64,000 nucleotides of DNA from Callorhinchus milii (Eukaryota). The stretch's first letter is position 1, and every line of letters starts with the position of its first letter. The position numbers were made by a program, and so were the translations under genes. Below, one piece after another: positions 23,901-35,470 of this stretch. The stretch lies in contig NW_024704742.1 in the NCBI RefSeq assembly GCF_018977255.1, forward strand, positions 35,094,001-35,158,000, in the 5' to 3' direction. The notes under the pieces were generated by a model. It saw nothing but the letters and a program-made list of their open reading frames with translations, was not told the origin of the DNA and made no database searches.

Positions 23901-26758
23901 CTTGCTTGTCCAGCTAGGACTGCCATACCTTTTAATTCTGCTCTTCATGTTATCCTTATTATCTCTATCCCATTCTTTCTGCTTTGCCTTTTTTCTATTT
24001 GATAGCTTGGAGCAGGGGCTAGATTGAAGTTCCTACCTATATCCTTTTATCCTGTTTCTCCTTGCTCTTATCCTCCATTGTGAAAGTCTGAGGAACTTCA
24101 AAATGTTGTCTGTTGATTGAATATGCGGCTGGCTCAATTTATCCTGTGAAGCTGGCTCAGACCCACATTACTGAATGATGTGGTTGTTTCCTAGATGCAA
24201 CTGGGTCATTTGTTTTGTTAGTCAAACCAAGAAGGTCCTAAGACACTGTTTAAAAAAGAGCAGGGAGTTTCTTCTGGCACCTGGCCAACAATCTCCCAGA
24301 TAAAATTGCTCGTTCACTTCATGGCCAGTGATGGGATATTGCTGTGCACAAATTGGCTGTGGCATTGATTTACAAATACAATTTCTACACTTTTACAGAA
24401 ACTCTGTGCTTTGAGAAATTGTGACTAGATATTGCAAAGACTATTATTTTGAAAGGCTGCCATGTGTGCCTACAAAAGACAGTTGCTACTCGTTGCAGTA
24501 TTCTGTGAAGTGTTTAGATAGCTTACTGTCATGATGAGGTGTTGTATCAAATTCTAGGATTATTTTAAACTACGTACTCACTGGTATTTATTGCTTTCTC
24601 TCCCCTCCCCCACAAAAAATAATGACTTTAATGAGTAAACTTGTCTGACACTTGGAAAACTTTTAAATGTTCAAAGGTCAAAATACGGATTTTTAAAACA
24701 CTTGCATTTCATTTTCTGAAGCTGTGCAAGGAGCTCATTTAATCATTTTTATATCTGCTGAATCTGCCTGAATCCTCATATTCAGGGGATATACGGCAGC
24801 TAGAACAACTTGCATTAATATAGTGCCCTTCACACAAGGTGACTTCCCACAGGGCTAAAGCAATAAAGGAAAGTGAGTAGAACATCTTTAGTTTATGTTA
24901 CTCATTTACTGGCCTGCTTGTTTTCTCCACTCAACAAACTTCAGCCTGCTTCATGTCTACTGCCCCAAAGGTTGGTAAATTGACAGATGGAACAAAAACA
25001 ATACTCTTTCAGTATGATAATTATACAATGTACAAAAGTGATTTTGGTTTTGTTGAGCTTATGAAAATATTTGGAATGAGGGGACAGTTGTTCTAATGTA
25101 CTAATATGAAGGGATTTGACAAAAGGACTGATTCACTGAAATGACAATGTGAAACATGTGAAACCTGAAGCCTATCTAAATTAGAGCTCCTAATTGTATT
25201 TCTTGGAGTTTTTTTTTGCACATGAGGTATCTTCCAGTGAAGGGTATTGTATCCTCAATTGCAAATATAATCTTTCTTCCCTGGACCAATGTTCATCTGG
25301 GTGTGAGGCGTAACTCGCTCACTCCATTACCAATTGTTCGAGAGATCACTGAAGTGCCACTACACCAGATTTTTTTTCTCTCCTTTCCTCCTGGTAGAAA
25401 TATTGCAACCACTTTATTGCCCTTTTTTTCTCGTGCACCTCGTCACTTGGAGGGGAGGACGAACAGCTGATTTTGTCTATGTTACACACGGTTCATCCAC
25501 AAGGAGGAGCATGAGAACGTGAGAACAGTGTGTTGACTATGCCCCTCAGTGAGAAGGCTTCCACTGCTGTGAAAACAACAATGTGCTATTCTTTTGCAGG
25601 GTCTGGGCACCGATGAGAATACCCTGACCAGAATCCTTGTCACCAGGTCAGAGATGGACCTGCTGGATATTCAAGATCAGTACAAGCTGTTAGCTGGCTG
25701 CTCAATGTCCTCCACTATTAAGGTAAGACTGAATTGTCAATTGAGATAAAAAAAATTCTTAGCCTCATCTCTTCCCCTCGCCCTGTGAGTTTGTCATAAT
25801 AGTTTTCTTGTGAATGCCATTTGATAATTAATAATGTAATAGTTTACCTTTACATGCCAATCAGATTGTGAACTTGCTTTCAACCATATAATGCAAGCTC
25901 CAGTTCAGCCAGTTGCACTCTTGCCTCTGAGTCAGAATATTGTGGATTCACGCTAGGAACTCGTACTCTAGGTTGACACTCCAATGTAGTTGAGCTGGGG
26001 TGTGCTGCATTGTTTGAGGTGCTGGCCTTCAGATGAGAAATTAAACCAATCTGCCATCCCCATATCTGTGGATATTACAACAACAAAATTACATTTGTAT
26101 AGCGCCTTTCACGTTGAGAGGACGTCATGGCGCTATTCACCCATCAATCCCCTAAATAAAATTGGTCATTCACTTCATGGTTGTTTGTGGAACCTGTTGT
26201 GAACAAATCACTTGCAATGTTTACCAACAAAACACACAGTCTCACCACTTTACAGTGAATCCTGTTAAATGCTTAAGACATGTTCTCTCAACATGAAAGG
26301 TGCTATATCAAATGCAAATATTTATTATCTGAAGAGCCTGCATGGGTACATAATTTGGAACATGGATGAAATCCAGTACAATTTGCAGCTAAATGCTTTC
26401 AACCACATCAGAAGAATACAGGTTGGGGGTCAGTGGGGGAGGGCAAGAAGGGGGGAGGAGAAAAAGAAAGCTATATTAGATGTACAAGGGTGGGTTTGTA
26501 ACTTATTCTTATGTCAATTAATCTTTCAGTTAAGGGAGGTGAAATTTTGAAAACATTTTTTTAAAAAAATTTGAAAAATGGGCAGGGACCATTTCTTTCC
26601 ACATTGTTTTTGAATGTTCAGCAGCAAAATAGTTTTGAGTGTCTGAATATTGTGACTTTAAATTTTACAACCTCTCTCTTCTGTTTTTTTTAAAAAAGAG
26701 TGAAACTTCTGGAGACTACAAGAAGCTTTTGCTTAAAATCTGCGGATCAGAGAATTAA
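2924..26758 (+). CDS. ANXA3: Annexin A3, spliced CDS join(2924-2938,12504-12594,14340-14434,15424-15537,16964-17054,17722-17801,20219-20278,21895-21988,22085-22180,22707-22765,25600-25722,26699-26758), 325 aa
   Basis: Twelve exons with GT-AG borders join in frame (15+91+95+114+91+80+60+94+96+59+123+60 = 978 nt) and give four annexin repeats (GLGTDE, GAGTDE, QLGTDE, GLGTDE). A 5-codon first coding exon ending in Trp (MSTTW vs human MASIW), the C-terminus LLKICG and adjacency to BMP2K support A3. Confidence 0.93.
4405..4685 (+). mobile_element. L2 3' fragment
   Basis: [12 protein letters not shown]...[11 protein letters not shown]-terminal ORF2 motif plus (GTT)n tail. Confidence 0.8.
5153..5370 (+). 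mobile_element. SINE family B 3' part (short form), preceded by (TACA)n
   Basis: acgcctaataataatccctccaaaac...gctatatcaaatgcaaggattattt. Confidence 0.8.
6125..6905 (-). mobile_element. L2 LINE 3' fragment (degenerate ORF2)
   Basis: [40 protein letters not shown]; tail at ~6125. Confidence 0.9.
7160..7600 (+). mobile_element. DeuSINE (SacSINE1/AmnSINE1-like), near full length ('family A')
   Basis: tRNA-like head (gggttcaagccc B box), tttcagatgagacattaaacc...aaagatcccatggcac...gtcctggccaac Deu-type core, L2-like tail. Confidence 0.8.
8812..9015 (-). mobile_element. CR1 LINE 3' end
   Basis: ggaggccattcagc...gcctgttccgccatttaattagatcatggct, typical of chondrichthyan CR1 ends. Confidence 0.7.
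10060..10388 (+). mobile_element. SINE family B, long form, older copy
   Basis: gttgggcaagtttcc...gtttacctagtggtaagtag...caaatgcaaggatt. Confidence 0.75.
11156..11357. mobile_element. Palindromic Penelope-type / MITE-like insertion with 14-bp target duplication
   Basis: ~76-bp inverted arms 11156-11232 and 11253-11328; tgtacaggaagtga at 11145-11158 and 11358-11371. Confidence 0.75.
12504..12594 (+). CDS. ANXA3: ANXA3 coding exon 2 ([31 protein letters not shown])
   Basis: tag acceptor 12501-12503, gtaaga donor, 91 nt; annexin RGT..D...F....DA..L.KA..G.G motif. Confidence 0.93.
14340..14434 (+). CDS. ANXA3: ANXA3 coding exon 3 ([32 protein letters not shown])
   Basis: ttttag / gtatgt borders, 95 nt, annexin repeat 1. 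Confidence 0.95.
15424..15537 (+). CDS. ANXA3: ANXA3 coding exon 4 ([38 protein letters not shown])
   Basis: cag / gtgagt borders, 114 nt. Confidence 0.95.
16015..16225 (+). mobile_element. SINE 3' half (shared A/B tail)
   Basis: gtcctggccaacaatcccc...gtgggacattgctgtg...tatatcaaatacaagg. Confidence 0.75.
16964..17054 (+). CDS. ANXA3: ANXA3 coding exon 5 ([30 protein letters not shown])
   Basis: Pyrimidine tract plus tag, gtattg donor, 91 nt, repeat 2. Confidence 0.95.
17722..17801 (+). CDS. ANXA3: ANXA3 coding exon 6 ([27 protein letters not shown])
   Basis: ttttctag / gtatgt borders, 80 nt. Confidence 0.94.
18052..18360 (-). mobile_element. SINE family B, short form
   Basis: Near-identical to 30470-30766. 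Confidence 0.85.
19000..19345 (-). mobile_element. DeuSINE family A copy
   Basis: Reverse complement similarity to 7160-7600. Confidence 0.7.
20219..20278 (+). CDS. ANXA3: ANXA3 coding exon 7 ([20 protein letters not shown])
   Basis: cccag / gtattg borders, 60 nt, linker RRDE..VD..L...DAQ. Confidence 0.93.
20408..20444. repeat. 13-bp tandem triplication aaacaattattct
   Basis: Visible, ~2.8 copies. Confidence 0.85.
21505..21860 (-). mobile_element. Degenerate CR1 3' fragment immediately upstream of ANXA3 coding exon 8
   Basis: tagaatcctagaaatgttcaccacagaaggcc...aaccttctctgctc motifs. Confidence 0.6.
21895..21988 (+). CDS. ANXA3: ANXA3 coding exon 8 ([31 protein letters not shown])
   Basis: ctag / gtaaga borders, 94 nt, repeat 3. 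Confidence 0.95.
22085..22180 (+). CDS. ANXA3: ANXA3 coding exon 9 ([32 protein letters not shown])
   Basis: ttttag / gtaagt borders, 96 nt; preceded by a 96-nt intron. Confidence 0.95.
22707..22765 (+). CDS. ANXA3: ANXA3 coding exon 10 ([20 protein letters not shown])
   Basis: tctcag / gtaaga borders, 59 nt, canonical annexin exon size and phase. Confidence 0.92.
25600..25722 (+). CDS. ANXA3: ANXA3 coding exon 11 ([41 protein letters not shown])
   Basis: ttgcag / gtaaga borders, 123 nt, repeat 4. Confidence 0.95.
25905..26330 (+). mobile_element. DeuSINE family A copy with nested reverse L2 tail (~26075-26135)
   Basis: gcctctgagtcagaa head, cagatgagaaattaaacc core, tatatcaaatgcaa tail. 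Confidence 0.7.
26699..26758 (+). CDS. ANXA3: ANXA3 last coding exon ([19 protein letters not shown])
   Basis: aag acceptor ending at 26698; TAA at 26756-26758; annexin C-terminal SGDY..LLL.ICG. Confidence 0.93.
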   Translation, partial: SETSGDYKKLLLKICGSEN

Positions 26759-26983
26759 ACAGTCAGCAAATAGCAGATAACGGTGTGGCTTGGATTTCAA
26801 CGTAGAGAATAGATTGGCTTTTGTTTGAATTGTTTAGTTAGAGTACAAGACATAGTGTTTTAAATGTCTTGTAATTATCTACTGTTTTACTGGTTAATTG
26901 TAATTGCATCACTGTAGAGGACTCATAGGACTGATGCTGACCGTCAGAGAATGATATTGTTGGGAGAATTCTGCTTGTTTCAG

Positions 26984-26989
26984 AATAAA
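26984..26989 (+). terminator. Candidate proximal poly(A) signal AATAAA of ANXA3
   Basis: AATAAA ~225 nt after the stop, with T-rich sequence downstream. Confidence 0.4.
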
Positions 26990-28135
26990 CCTGGATCAGA
27001 TAATGTAAAGAACTCTGTTAAACCTAGCTTGGATAATTTATTTCAGTTTTGGTTCATTTTCACTTGTCCTTGCCAACAGTCTTCCAAATAAAATTATCCA
27101 TTCAGTTCCTGGCTGTTTGTGATACATTACTGTTTGCAAATTTGCTGCTGTGTTCGTGTACGAAATACTTACAACAATAACTTGCACTTATATAGCGCCC
27201 TCCACGCAGGGTAGCGTCTCAGAATGCTTATCTTTTTACTAAGCTTTACAGAAATCTTATAAAGTGCATTGAGATGTTTCAACAATGTGATAAAATAATA
27301 CAATACTAAATTACATTTGTATAGAGCCTTTCACGTTGGGAGGACATCATGGTTCACACAACACGTTGATGCATAAAAGTAGAACATCTAGAGAAGATCT
27401 CATTAAAAAGACAAACATTTGAAGAAAAAGAATATGGAATTAACACTAAGTAGTTAGTCCCAGTGGGTGAGCTAGCGACCTAGGTATTGTTTAGTTAGTA
27501 ACTGTAAAGCCAAAAGCTGTGTCTTTTTCCTGACATTGAAGATGTTAACTATTGTAAATGGTTGATACCAAATTACACAATGTACTGGTTGAATGCATGA
27601 CTTGTTATACCAAGAAAAAAAGTTCTCCAATCCGCTTGTCTCACTTAAATTGCATACAAAACACTAATATTTCCAAAGACAATACTTCTTTTGTGAATCA
27701 TTTCAATCGTTGAAAATCATTCAAAATGTTGATGGAAATGAGAATGACAAAGCAGCTTCAATAGTATCTGGTTGAATCGCTTAAGATATCGCAAGACCTA
27801 AACATAGTAATATTGGATTCCGCTGATTATTCCTACATGGACCAAAATATTGAAGGATCAGCCATCTCAAAAGTAGTGGCAATCTTTTACTAAGGACTAG
27901 CAGTTCAGCAGTAACCATGCATACACTGCCACTCAATGACTACTTAATCCTAAACATTCATAGCCATTTTAGCCTCTAATTTGGAATTTAAAAAAAGTAA
28001 GCATCTTCATCATAGTGTATACTCAGTAAGTTTAATATTACTGGCTGTTTGCAAGTACAGTATTATGTTTATTAAGTTCAACATACTTTCCTGTTTTTTT
28101 GATTTGAGTTTTCTTAATGCTTAATCTGTTTCCTT

Positions 28136-28141
28136 AATAAA
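28136..28141 (+). terminator. Candidate distal poly(A) signal AATAAA of ANXA3
   Basis: AATAAA followed ~30 nt later by a strong GT/T-rich tract (gattgttttatttttttt). Confidence 0.5.
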
Positions 28142-28389
28142 CATATCATTAATAGTTCAGATTTATGGTTCCGATTGTTTTATTTTTTTTCTTCTATTTT
28201 GTCACAACTTTTTGTTTAAAATGGGAAGCTTCAGTTCATTACAATGGCCGATTGATATTGCGGCTTGATGAAGCATTTACAAACTGGGCACATATGGAGC
28301 ATAAATGTATAATCATTTATCCTAACCACTTGGTACAACTATCGAAGCCATCAAATGCAGCTAAAATTAGACCAAAATGTAGCTTGACA

Positions 28390-29205
28390 TCATCCGCAGA
28401 CATGGGGTCAATTTCCACATGGATGCGGATGACACCCAACTGTACCTCTCCGCCTCCACTCTTGACTCCAGGACCACTGCTGTGCTGACAGAATGTCTGT
28501 CAGACATGAAGTCTTGCATGGGAACTAACTTTCTTCAGTTGAACATCAACAAGACCGAGGCTCATCTGATTGGCTCCCGTCAGCGCCTCCACACCTCAGG
28601 CACTGACAACATCACCATCCATGGTGGCACACTCCACCTCACTGAGCCAGTCTGGAAACTTGGTGTCTTGTTTGACCCTCAACTATCCTTTGTGCCCCAC
28701 ATCCTTGCCATCACCCGCTCTGCCTTCCCCCACTTCCACAACATCGCCCGGCTCCGACAGTGTCTCACACCTCAGGCCGCCGAAATCCTCATATGTGCAT
28801 TCATAACATCGAGGCTTGACTATGCAAACTCCTTCCTTGTTGGCCTCCCCAACTCGTCCCTCCACAGACTGCAGATCATCCAGAACTCTGCAGCCCCTGT
28901 CCTCTCCTGCACCAGACTCTGTGACCCTATCACCTCCATCCTCGCCTGACTCCACTGGCTTCCCGTTGCTCAGAGGATATAGTTCAAGATCCTGGTCCTC
29001 ACCTTGAAAGCCCTCCATGGCCTGCTCCCTCCACTTAGTGGGCTCCAGCCTGCTTCACATCCCCCACCACACCCGCCCCACCATCAACGGGCGTGCCTTC
29101 TGCCACTCTGCCCACACCCTCTGGAACTCTATCCCCCAATTGCTCCATCTCGCCCCCTCCCTTGCCTCCTTCAAGACCCATCTCAAGACCCTCCTCTTCG
29201 ACCGT
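28390..29205 (+). mobile_element. L2 LINE ORF2 fragment
   Basis: (Y)ADDTQLY...NFLQLNINKTE...SRLDYANS...LQIIQNSAA. Confidence 0.92.
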
Positions 29206-29324
29206 GCAAATTTAAAAGCATGGATGGATCTTGTTAACAAAGCCATGCTGAAGGAGTTAACATTTGAATTCACAAACGCATTGACTGCATTTATTCACAC
29301 CTTGATGGTTTATATAACAATGAT

Positions 29325-29640
29325 AACTTGCATCTATATAGTGCCCTTCACATAAAATAACATCTTGTGCACTTTGCAATGGCGGGGACACCAGGGAAGG
29401 GTTGTTGAGGCAGAATTGACCATATGAAGTGACCTTGAAGTGAAAGGTTTAAAGGTGGGACTTGGAGACAAAGAGTGGGGGGGTAAGATGGACAGACAGA
29501 GGGTTAGACAGAGAGGTTGAGGGAAGGACTTCTGGAGTTTAGGCGCATATAATTGGAAAGTTTTGTTCTTGATTACGGCACAGGTGAGGTAGGGCACCTC
29601 AGCACACCTGAGTTAGCCGAGCGGAGGGACAAGCAGAGTA
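29325..29640 (-). mobile_element. Degenerate L2 3' fragment
   Basis: Tail aacttgcatctatatagtgcc; YAPKLQKSFP motif on the minus strand. Confidence 0.65.
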
Positions 29641-30469
29641 GAGTTAGAGATGCTCAAGTACATGATGTATTTATATTGCATCAGGATGGTTTTGAAACCT
29701 GTATATGAATTCATTTTGCCCCAAACAATGATTATATTCTTCAGTACTAATAGAAGCTGTACTTTGTGTAGTCACGCACAAACTGGCTGCTGTGTTTGCC
29801 TACAAATATATAGATATTACACTACATTTAAGACTTTGAATTGAATAATGCTTCTTAAGTAAACTCCTACAAGTCTTTGCGATTCGAACCCCTGACTACA
29901 ATTTAGCTATATATCTGATTGTGTGTAAGACATTTCACACAACTATAGCACATCATCCAGAACTTTTCTCACATATAACATGAATTCAAGGAAAGCAAAG
30001 AATGAAATTATCAAATCTAATAGTACAGCAAAACTAGAATAAACTTGATCTAAATCAGACCATCACAAAATGTCATCTGACCTATTTCCCCAGGGAATAC
30101 TGAGACCGCCCACTATAGACAGCTATAAAAATAATAAGAAGGTTCCCTGAGGTAACGTCCACTTTAAGCTGTATTATTCCATTGTGCAACGCTAAAGAGC
30201 CATCAGTGCTATCACCTGGAATAATAGGGTGGCCTTTCAAAACCCATTGTATGATATTAGTTCCAATCTGCCCTGTTGTTCTTCAAAACGCTTATGTTCT
30301 TCTAAACATGTCAAGATTGTAGACCAGATTGACACATAGTAATACATTGTCAGAGATGCTGTCTTTCCGATGAGACATTAAACTGAGGTCCCATTACATT
30401 ATTCAAAGAGAGAAGGGAGTTTCTTCCAGTACCATGGTCATCAATCTTCTACATTATAATAATAAAAAT

Positions 30470-30766
30470 AAGTAGTCCTTGCATTTGATATAGCGTTTTT
30501 CACATCTTCTAGACGTCTCAAAGCCCTTCACAGAATATATTGTAAAGTGAATTGACTGTATATTTGTGGGTGGAACAGGGCAGCCAATTGCACACAGCAA
30601 TGTCCCACAAACAGTCGTGGACCAATTTATTATTGTTTTGTTTTGGAGGGATTATTATTAGGCGTGTGGAGTAAGGAAACTTGCCCAAGGTTTCGCTCTG
30701 CCTGGAATTGAACCCATGTGTCTCGCTTGCAAGGCGAGTGTTCTAACCACTGAGCTACAGGACTCC
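30470..30766 (-). mobile_element. SINE family B, full length, short form
   Basis: Reverse complement of 61915-62279 lacking ~60 bp internally. Confidence 0.85.
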
Positions 30767-31339
30767 ATGAAAGGGAGTCAGCATGGGTTTGCAAAAGGTA
30801 TGTCGTAATTAATTGTTCACCTCATGACTATTTGTAATCATGATGTGAACACAAATGGTAATTATTTCTAAAGTGCTTTGAGGTGTTTGAACCTGATATA
30901 AGTCAACAAATTTTCCTAATACTAAGAAATTCCATATTCATTACATACATAATTAAGAGCAACTGGGATTTGCTGGGACCCTATGTGTACATTAAAAATT
31001 CACCTGGTTTACACATGATTTACACATGGTGCATAATAGACTATTGAAAATATTTATAAGTGGCAGAGACAATAACTTTTAAAGGTCCACTGCTTTTAAA
31101 GTGCTGAATATCCTGAATAAAATAAATTATTTAAAATAAGAAATGTATTTTTTGGCATTAATACAGCATTACTTATTCTGTTGAACTTGATAAAAACCAT
31201 TGGTACAAGGGCATTAAATAATGTACATTATGTATATTAATAAAAAAAACCTATGTAATATTTATAACACCGGTCAAGCACTATATATACACATTGTCTA
31301 TAGTGTGGATTACTGAAGGAAAACAAGTTTGCAGCTTGT

Positions 31340-32125
31340 AGATATTTTTTGTGGGTCAGCTGGGTGCCTGACCCATGCAGAAAACCATCACCGTGCTTCA
31401 GAATGTCTAAACTAAACAGAGAGTTCCACATGTACCACTTATACATGGAAATTCCCGAGATATTTATTGGAATGGAATGTGCATTCACTCCCTAGAGGAC
31501 GTATCCTGCTTTCCTAATTCCAGAGAGTATTAGGTGCAGGTTGGCAAGAGTCAAGGCTTGGGAATCCCAGAGAGTGTATTGAGGTACTGCTGGAGTCTAA
31601 CCAGCTAAAACTGCTTGTCATTGAGAGTACTAGACTACCAAGACTGCCACAGTAGGTTGGCTCAATTCTGACCGTCCGTTGCCAAACATGTTATCTTGGA
31701 GCCAAATCAGCTCCAAGAAGACCCTGCCTATCTCTCCCCTCCCATCTCCCCCACCCCCACCCCACTCCAAGGAGTATAATCCTCCAAAGACTATAGTCCT
31801 AACAAGTGACTATCCTTCTTGGGGGGAAGCAAGTGGGATCTGTTTGGGGCAGAGCTGGTTCCAAACTGATGTACCTTGGAAAGGAATGTTGAATTCCAGA
31901 CAACATCCTCCAGTGGTCTTGGTAATCAGGTTCCTAAGACAGACAGGTCAGCAGTTCACCAGAGCACTGCTAATGGCAGACCAGCCAACCTAACCCATTG
32001 ACATGACTTGGAGAGCTAGACTGGGGCAGAGATTGTTCCCACTCTGCTCCTGTTAACCCTGAAAGCCAAAGCGCTAATGGTTAAGGTAATCCTAGTTGGA
32101 CAAGCAGCGGGTAGCTTGCCAGAGA
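31340..32125. repeat. Unclassified interspersed repeat ('family C'), longest copy; others at ~23620-23930, 39200-39310, 45143-45530, 52465-52550
   Basis: Shared blocks such as ggttggcaagag.caagg.ttggg.a.cccagag and ggtactgctggagt.taac. Confidence 0.7.
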
Positions 32126-32679
32126 GAACATAATGACTTGAAGAGGAAACAAGGAAGCAAGTAACAGGATGCAGGTTACCAGGAAGGATGGCGTTTTTTA
32201 AAAAAAGTACAATAATATACAAAATGTTAATTGCCTTCTTTTTGAGAAATAAAAGTGGTTTAACAGAATTATTGCTTACAGAGCTGCACCCAATAAATCT
32301 GTATTTGCGAATTGTATAATTTGTTTTAATGTTGCAAGCATTCAATAAAATAGTGAAATATATTGAGTTTACCAGGAAATGAAATTGTTCTTCAAATTGA
32401 CATTTCCTTTTATCTTCTTTGTTTCAGTATACCATACGTGAGAGACAGGAAGAAACCCACAAATAGGATAAAACTAAAAAGGAACTGAAATCTCAAGGGA
32501 ATTCATTCAGTCAAAGAATTGCACTCCCTCAAGAAATACAAAGAAAAAGAGTTCTAATTCAACATTTTCCCAAAAGCTACTGATAATAATTTTAGTGTCA
32601 AACTCAGGACTCATTCTGCTGCACTAGCCTGCTCTAGTCTGGAAGGTTCCTAGGAAAGTTCTGTATTAGGTTGTATTCC

Positions 32680-34040
32680 TCAAAAAAATCTTCCCTAGAT
32701 CCCTCAAACCCTAGCCATTACCGCCCTATTTCAAACTTGCCCTTCCTCGCCAAAGTCCTAAAACGCGTTGTTGCCAATCAACTCCACGCACACCTCTCCT
32801 CCCACTCCCTCTTCGAACCCCTCCAGTCCGGTTTCCGCCCTGCCCACAGTACCGAGACTGCGCTTGTGAAAGTCACAAACGACATCCTCTCTATCTGTGA
32901 CCAAGGCTCCCTCTGCCTCCTTATCCTCCTGGACCTCTCCGCAGCTTTCGACACAGTCGATCACGCCATCCTCCTCCACCTCCTTTCCTCCATCATCCAC
33001 CTCAGTGGGACTGCACTCGCCTGGTTCGAGTCCTACCTCACAAACCGCCAGCTTTACATCTGTACAAACGGCTTTTCCTCCCGCTCTCACCCTATTACTT
33101 GCGGGGTACCCAAGGATCCATCCTTGGTCCCCTCCTCTTCCTAATCTATGTACTCCCTCTTGGGGATGTCATCCGCAGATATGGGGTACACTTCCGCATG
33201 TATGCGGATGACACCCAACTCTATTTTTCCACCTCACTTTGCAACCCCCAGCCACCTGTTCTGTCAGCCTGTCTGTCAGAGCTTGATGAGCGCAAATTTC
33301 CTTCAGCTAAATTTTGACATGACGGAAGCCATACTCTTTGGCTGTCGTCAACATCTAAAATCACATAGTTCTCACCTCCTCCACCTACCCGACCTGCCCC
33401 TAAAACTCAATGAACCCATACGCAACCTAGGCATCAGGTTCGACCCCCAATTATCCTTCCTTCCCCACATCCAGTCCCTCACCAGCACTGCTTTCTTCCA
33501 CCTCCGACGCATCACCCGTCTACGCCAATACCTCTCCCCAAAAGCCACTGAAACCCTGGTCCATGCCTTTGTTACCTCTCGGCTGGACTATTCAAATGCC
33601 CTCCTCGCCAGTCTCCCCTCCACTTCCATTCATAAAATCCAGGTCATCCAAAACTTCAACTTCAAGATCCTCACTCTTGTCTCCATTCCTCTGCACTCCC
33701 CCCACCTCTCTGACCTCCTCTCTCCTCACAACAGTGCCCGTTGCCTTCGTTCCTCCAGGTCTGGCCTCCTCTTTGTACCCGAATCCTCCGCTCCACCATC
33801 GGCGGCTGTGCCTTCAGCCACTATGCCCCAAGTCTCTGGAACTCCCTTCCTCACTCCCTTCGCCTCACCCCCTCTCTTTCTATTTTTAGGTCTCAGCTGA
33901 AGACCTTTCTTTTCGACCGCACCTTTGGTCAGCTTCCCCCCCCTCCCCCTGGCTCAGCCCCGGGATTCGTTACTGTGAAGCGCTCTGAGATGCCGTCCAG
34001 CGTGGAGGGTGCTATATAAATCCAAGTTGTTGTTGTTGTA
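32680..34040 (+). mobile_element. 5'-truncated L2 LINE (RT domain to 3' tail), frameshifted
   Basis: YRPISNLPFLAKV, QSGFRPAHSTETAL, LLDLSAAFDTVDH, QGSILGPLLF, YADDTQLY, (GTT)n tail. Confidence 0.95.
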
Positions 34041-35199
34041 TTACTGGGTATCATGTATACTTCATTAGTCGGAAGCTTCTGGGAAAGAAAGCAGCTGATT
34101 TATTCTAGATTTACTCCAAGTGTGCAATTAACTGCCGCTTTTCACCCACAAAATACACAATCAATTCTCTTTACAGTATATTCTGTAAAGCGCTTTGAGT
34201 CGTCTCGAAGATGTGATAAGGGGCTACATCAAATGCAAGGACTATTATTATTATTATTATTATTATTATTTTCACAGTATGTCAGAGCATCCAGAATCTG
34301 CAAATTGTAAAAAAAAATTTGAATTTGGAAGCCGTTTTTCTATGAGTTATTTTAAGAACGATGTAAACGGGTTTCAATATTTAGACAAAATGCAAGAATT
34401 TGCCAAATTCTGTAGGTTCTGAAATGCTAAGAAAATAGAGTAAACCTTAGATCAAGTAACATTTCTACCCCAGATTGGTTCCAAAGTGCCCATACTCAGA
34501 AAACTCAATGACTGATGTTGCTCCTCCCCATAACATATACCTTTATAACCAGCTTCATTGTAGCACTGACATTGTAGCTTGTAACATGAATGAGGTGTGG
34601 GCCTCATTCAGCGTGAATGCAGTTAGCCAGACAGCTTGCTTTCCATGCCTTGGCTAGGTCCTGCTTTAAAAATGGAGAATTTCTAGATCAGCAGTTTGCC
34701 GCCAATGTTACTTCCAATGCAGGACAGAGGAAGTTTTGTTGGTGGAGGTCTAATGACTTGGAAGTTGTTTTTTTAATGCAAGAGCCAGCTGGTGAATATA
34801 GACGTGCGTGTATTCACAATGAAATCAATTATTGCAGTCTCATTATAAGGCAGGTTGGGACTTATTACTGTCTTATAACAAGGATTCAATTTGTCACTTC
34901 TCCTAGGAAAGAATTCCATCACAAAGTATACTCTACCATGTAAAGAAACACAACAAATAGCTACAATGGAGGACTGTCCAATAAGCGCTTTCAGGCTAAG
35001 TAGAATAATGTATTGTAGAATTCTGTGGGCTATCTGTCAGCCTTGAAAATTTAGCAGATTGCAGACCATTGATAACACTTATCTTTGCAGTAGCCACTTC
35101 AGGCCCCAAACTTAATCAATATTTTGCCTGTGAGACCATTCCGGCATTGCTTTCATTTGTGAACACATTGTAATTTTCTTGACAGGGTAAAATTCAGCA

Positions 35200-35470
35200 A
35201 TAACAACTTGCATTCATATAGTGTCTCAGAGTGCTTAATTGTGACAGAGTCTGATGCCGAGCCAGGAGTGGGGGCTGGGTGAGGGGGGAGGAAGTGCTCC
35301 TAAGCACAGTCAAAGAGGAAGGGCTTCAGGTGTGCTCTGAAAAAGGGAAGGACGGGCAAACCGAAAAAAGATTGAGGGAGCGAGTTCCAAATTTTCGGGG
35401 CACGGTGGCTGAAAGCGTGGCTGCCGATGGTGGAGTGGAAGGGACAAAGGACAAGGAGGAGGCTAGAGTC
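35200..35470 (-). mobile_element. L2 3' fragment
   Basis: caacttgcattcatatag tail; ggctgaaagcgtggctgccgatgg like other L2 copies. Confidence 0.75.

Noticed and set aside
32671..33900. Functional reverse transcriptase gene
   Set aside because: 5'-truncated, frameshifted L2 copy.
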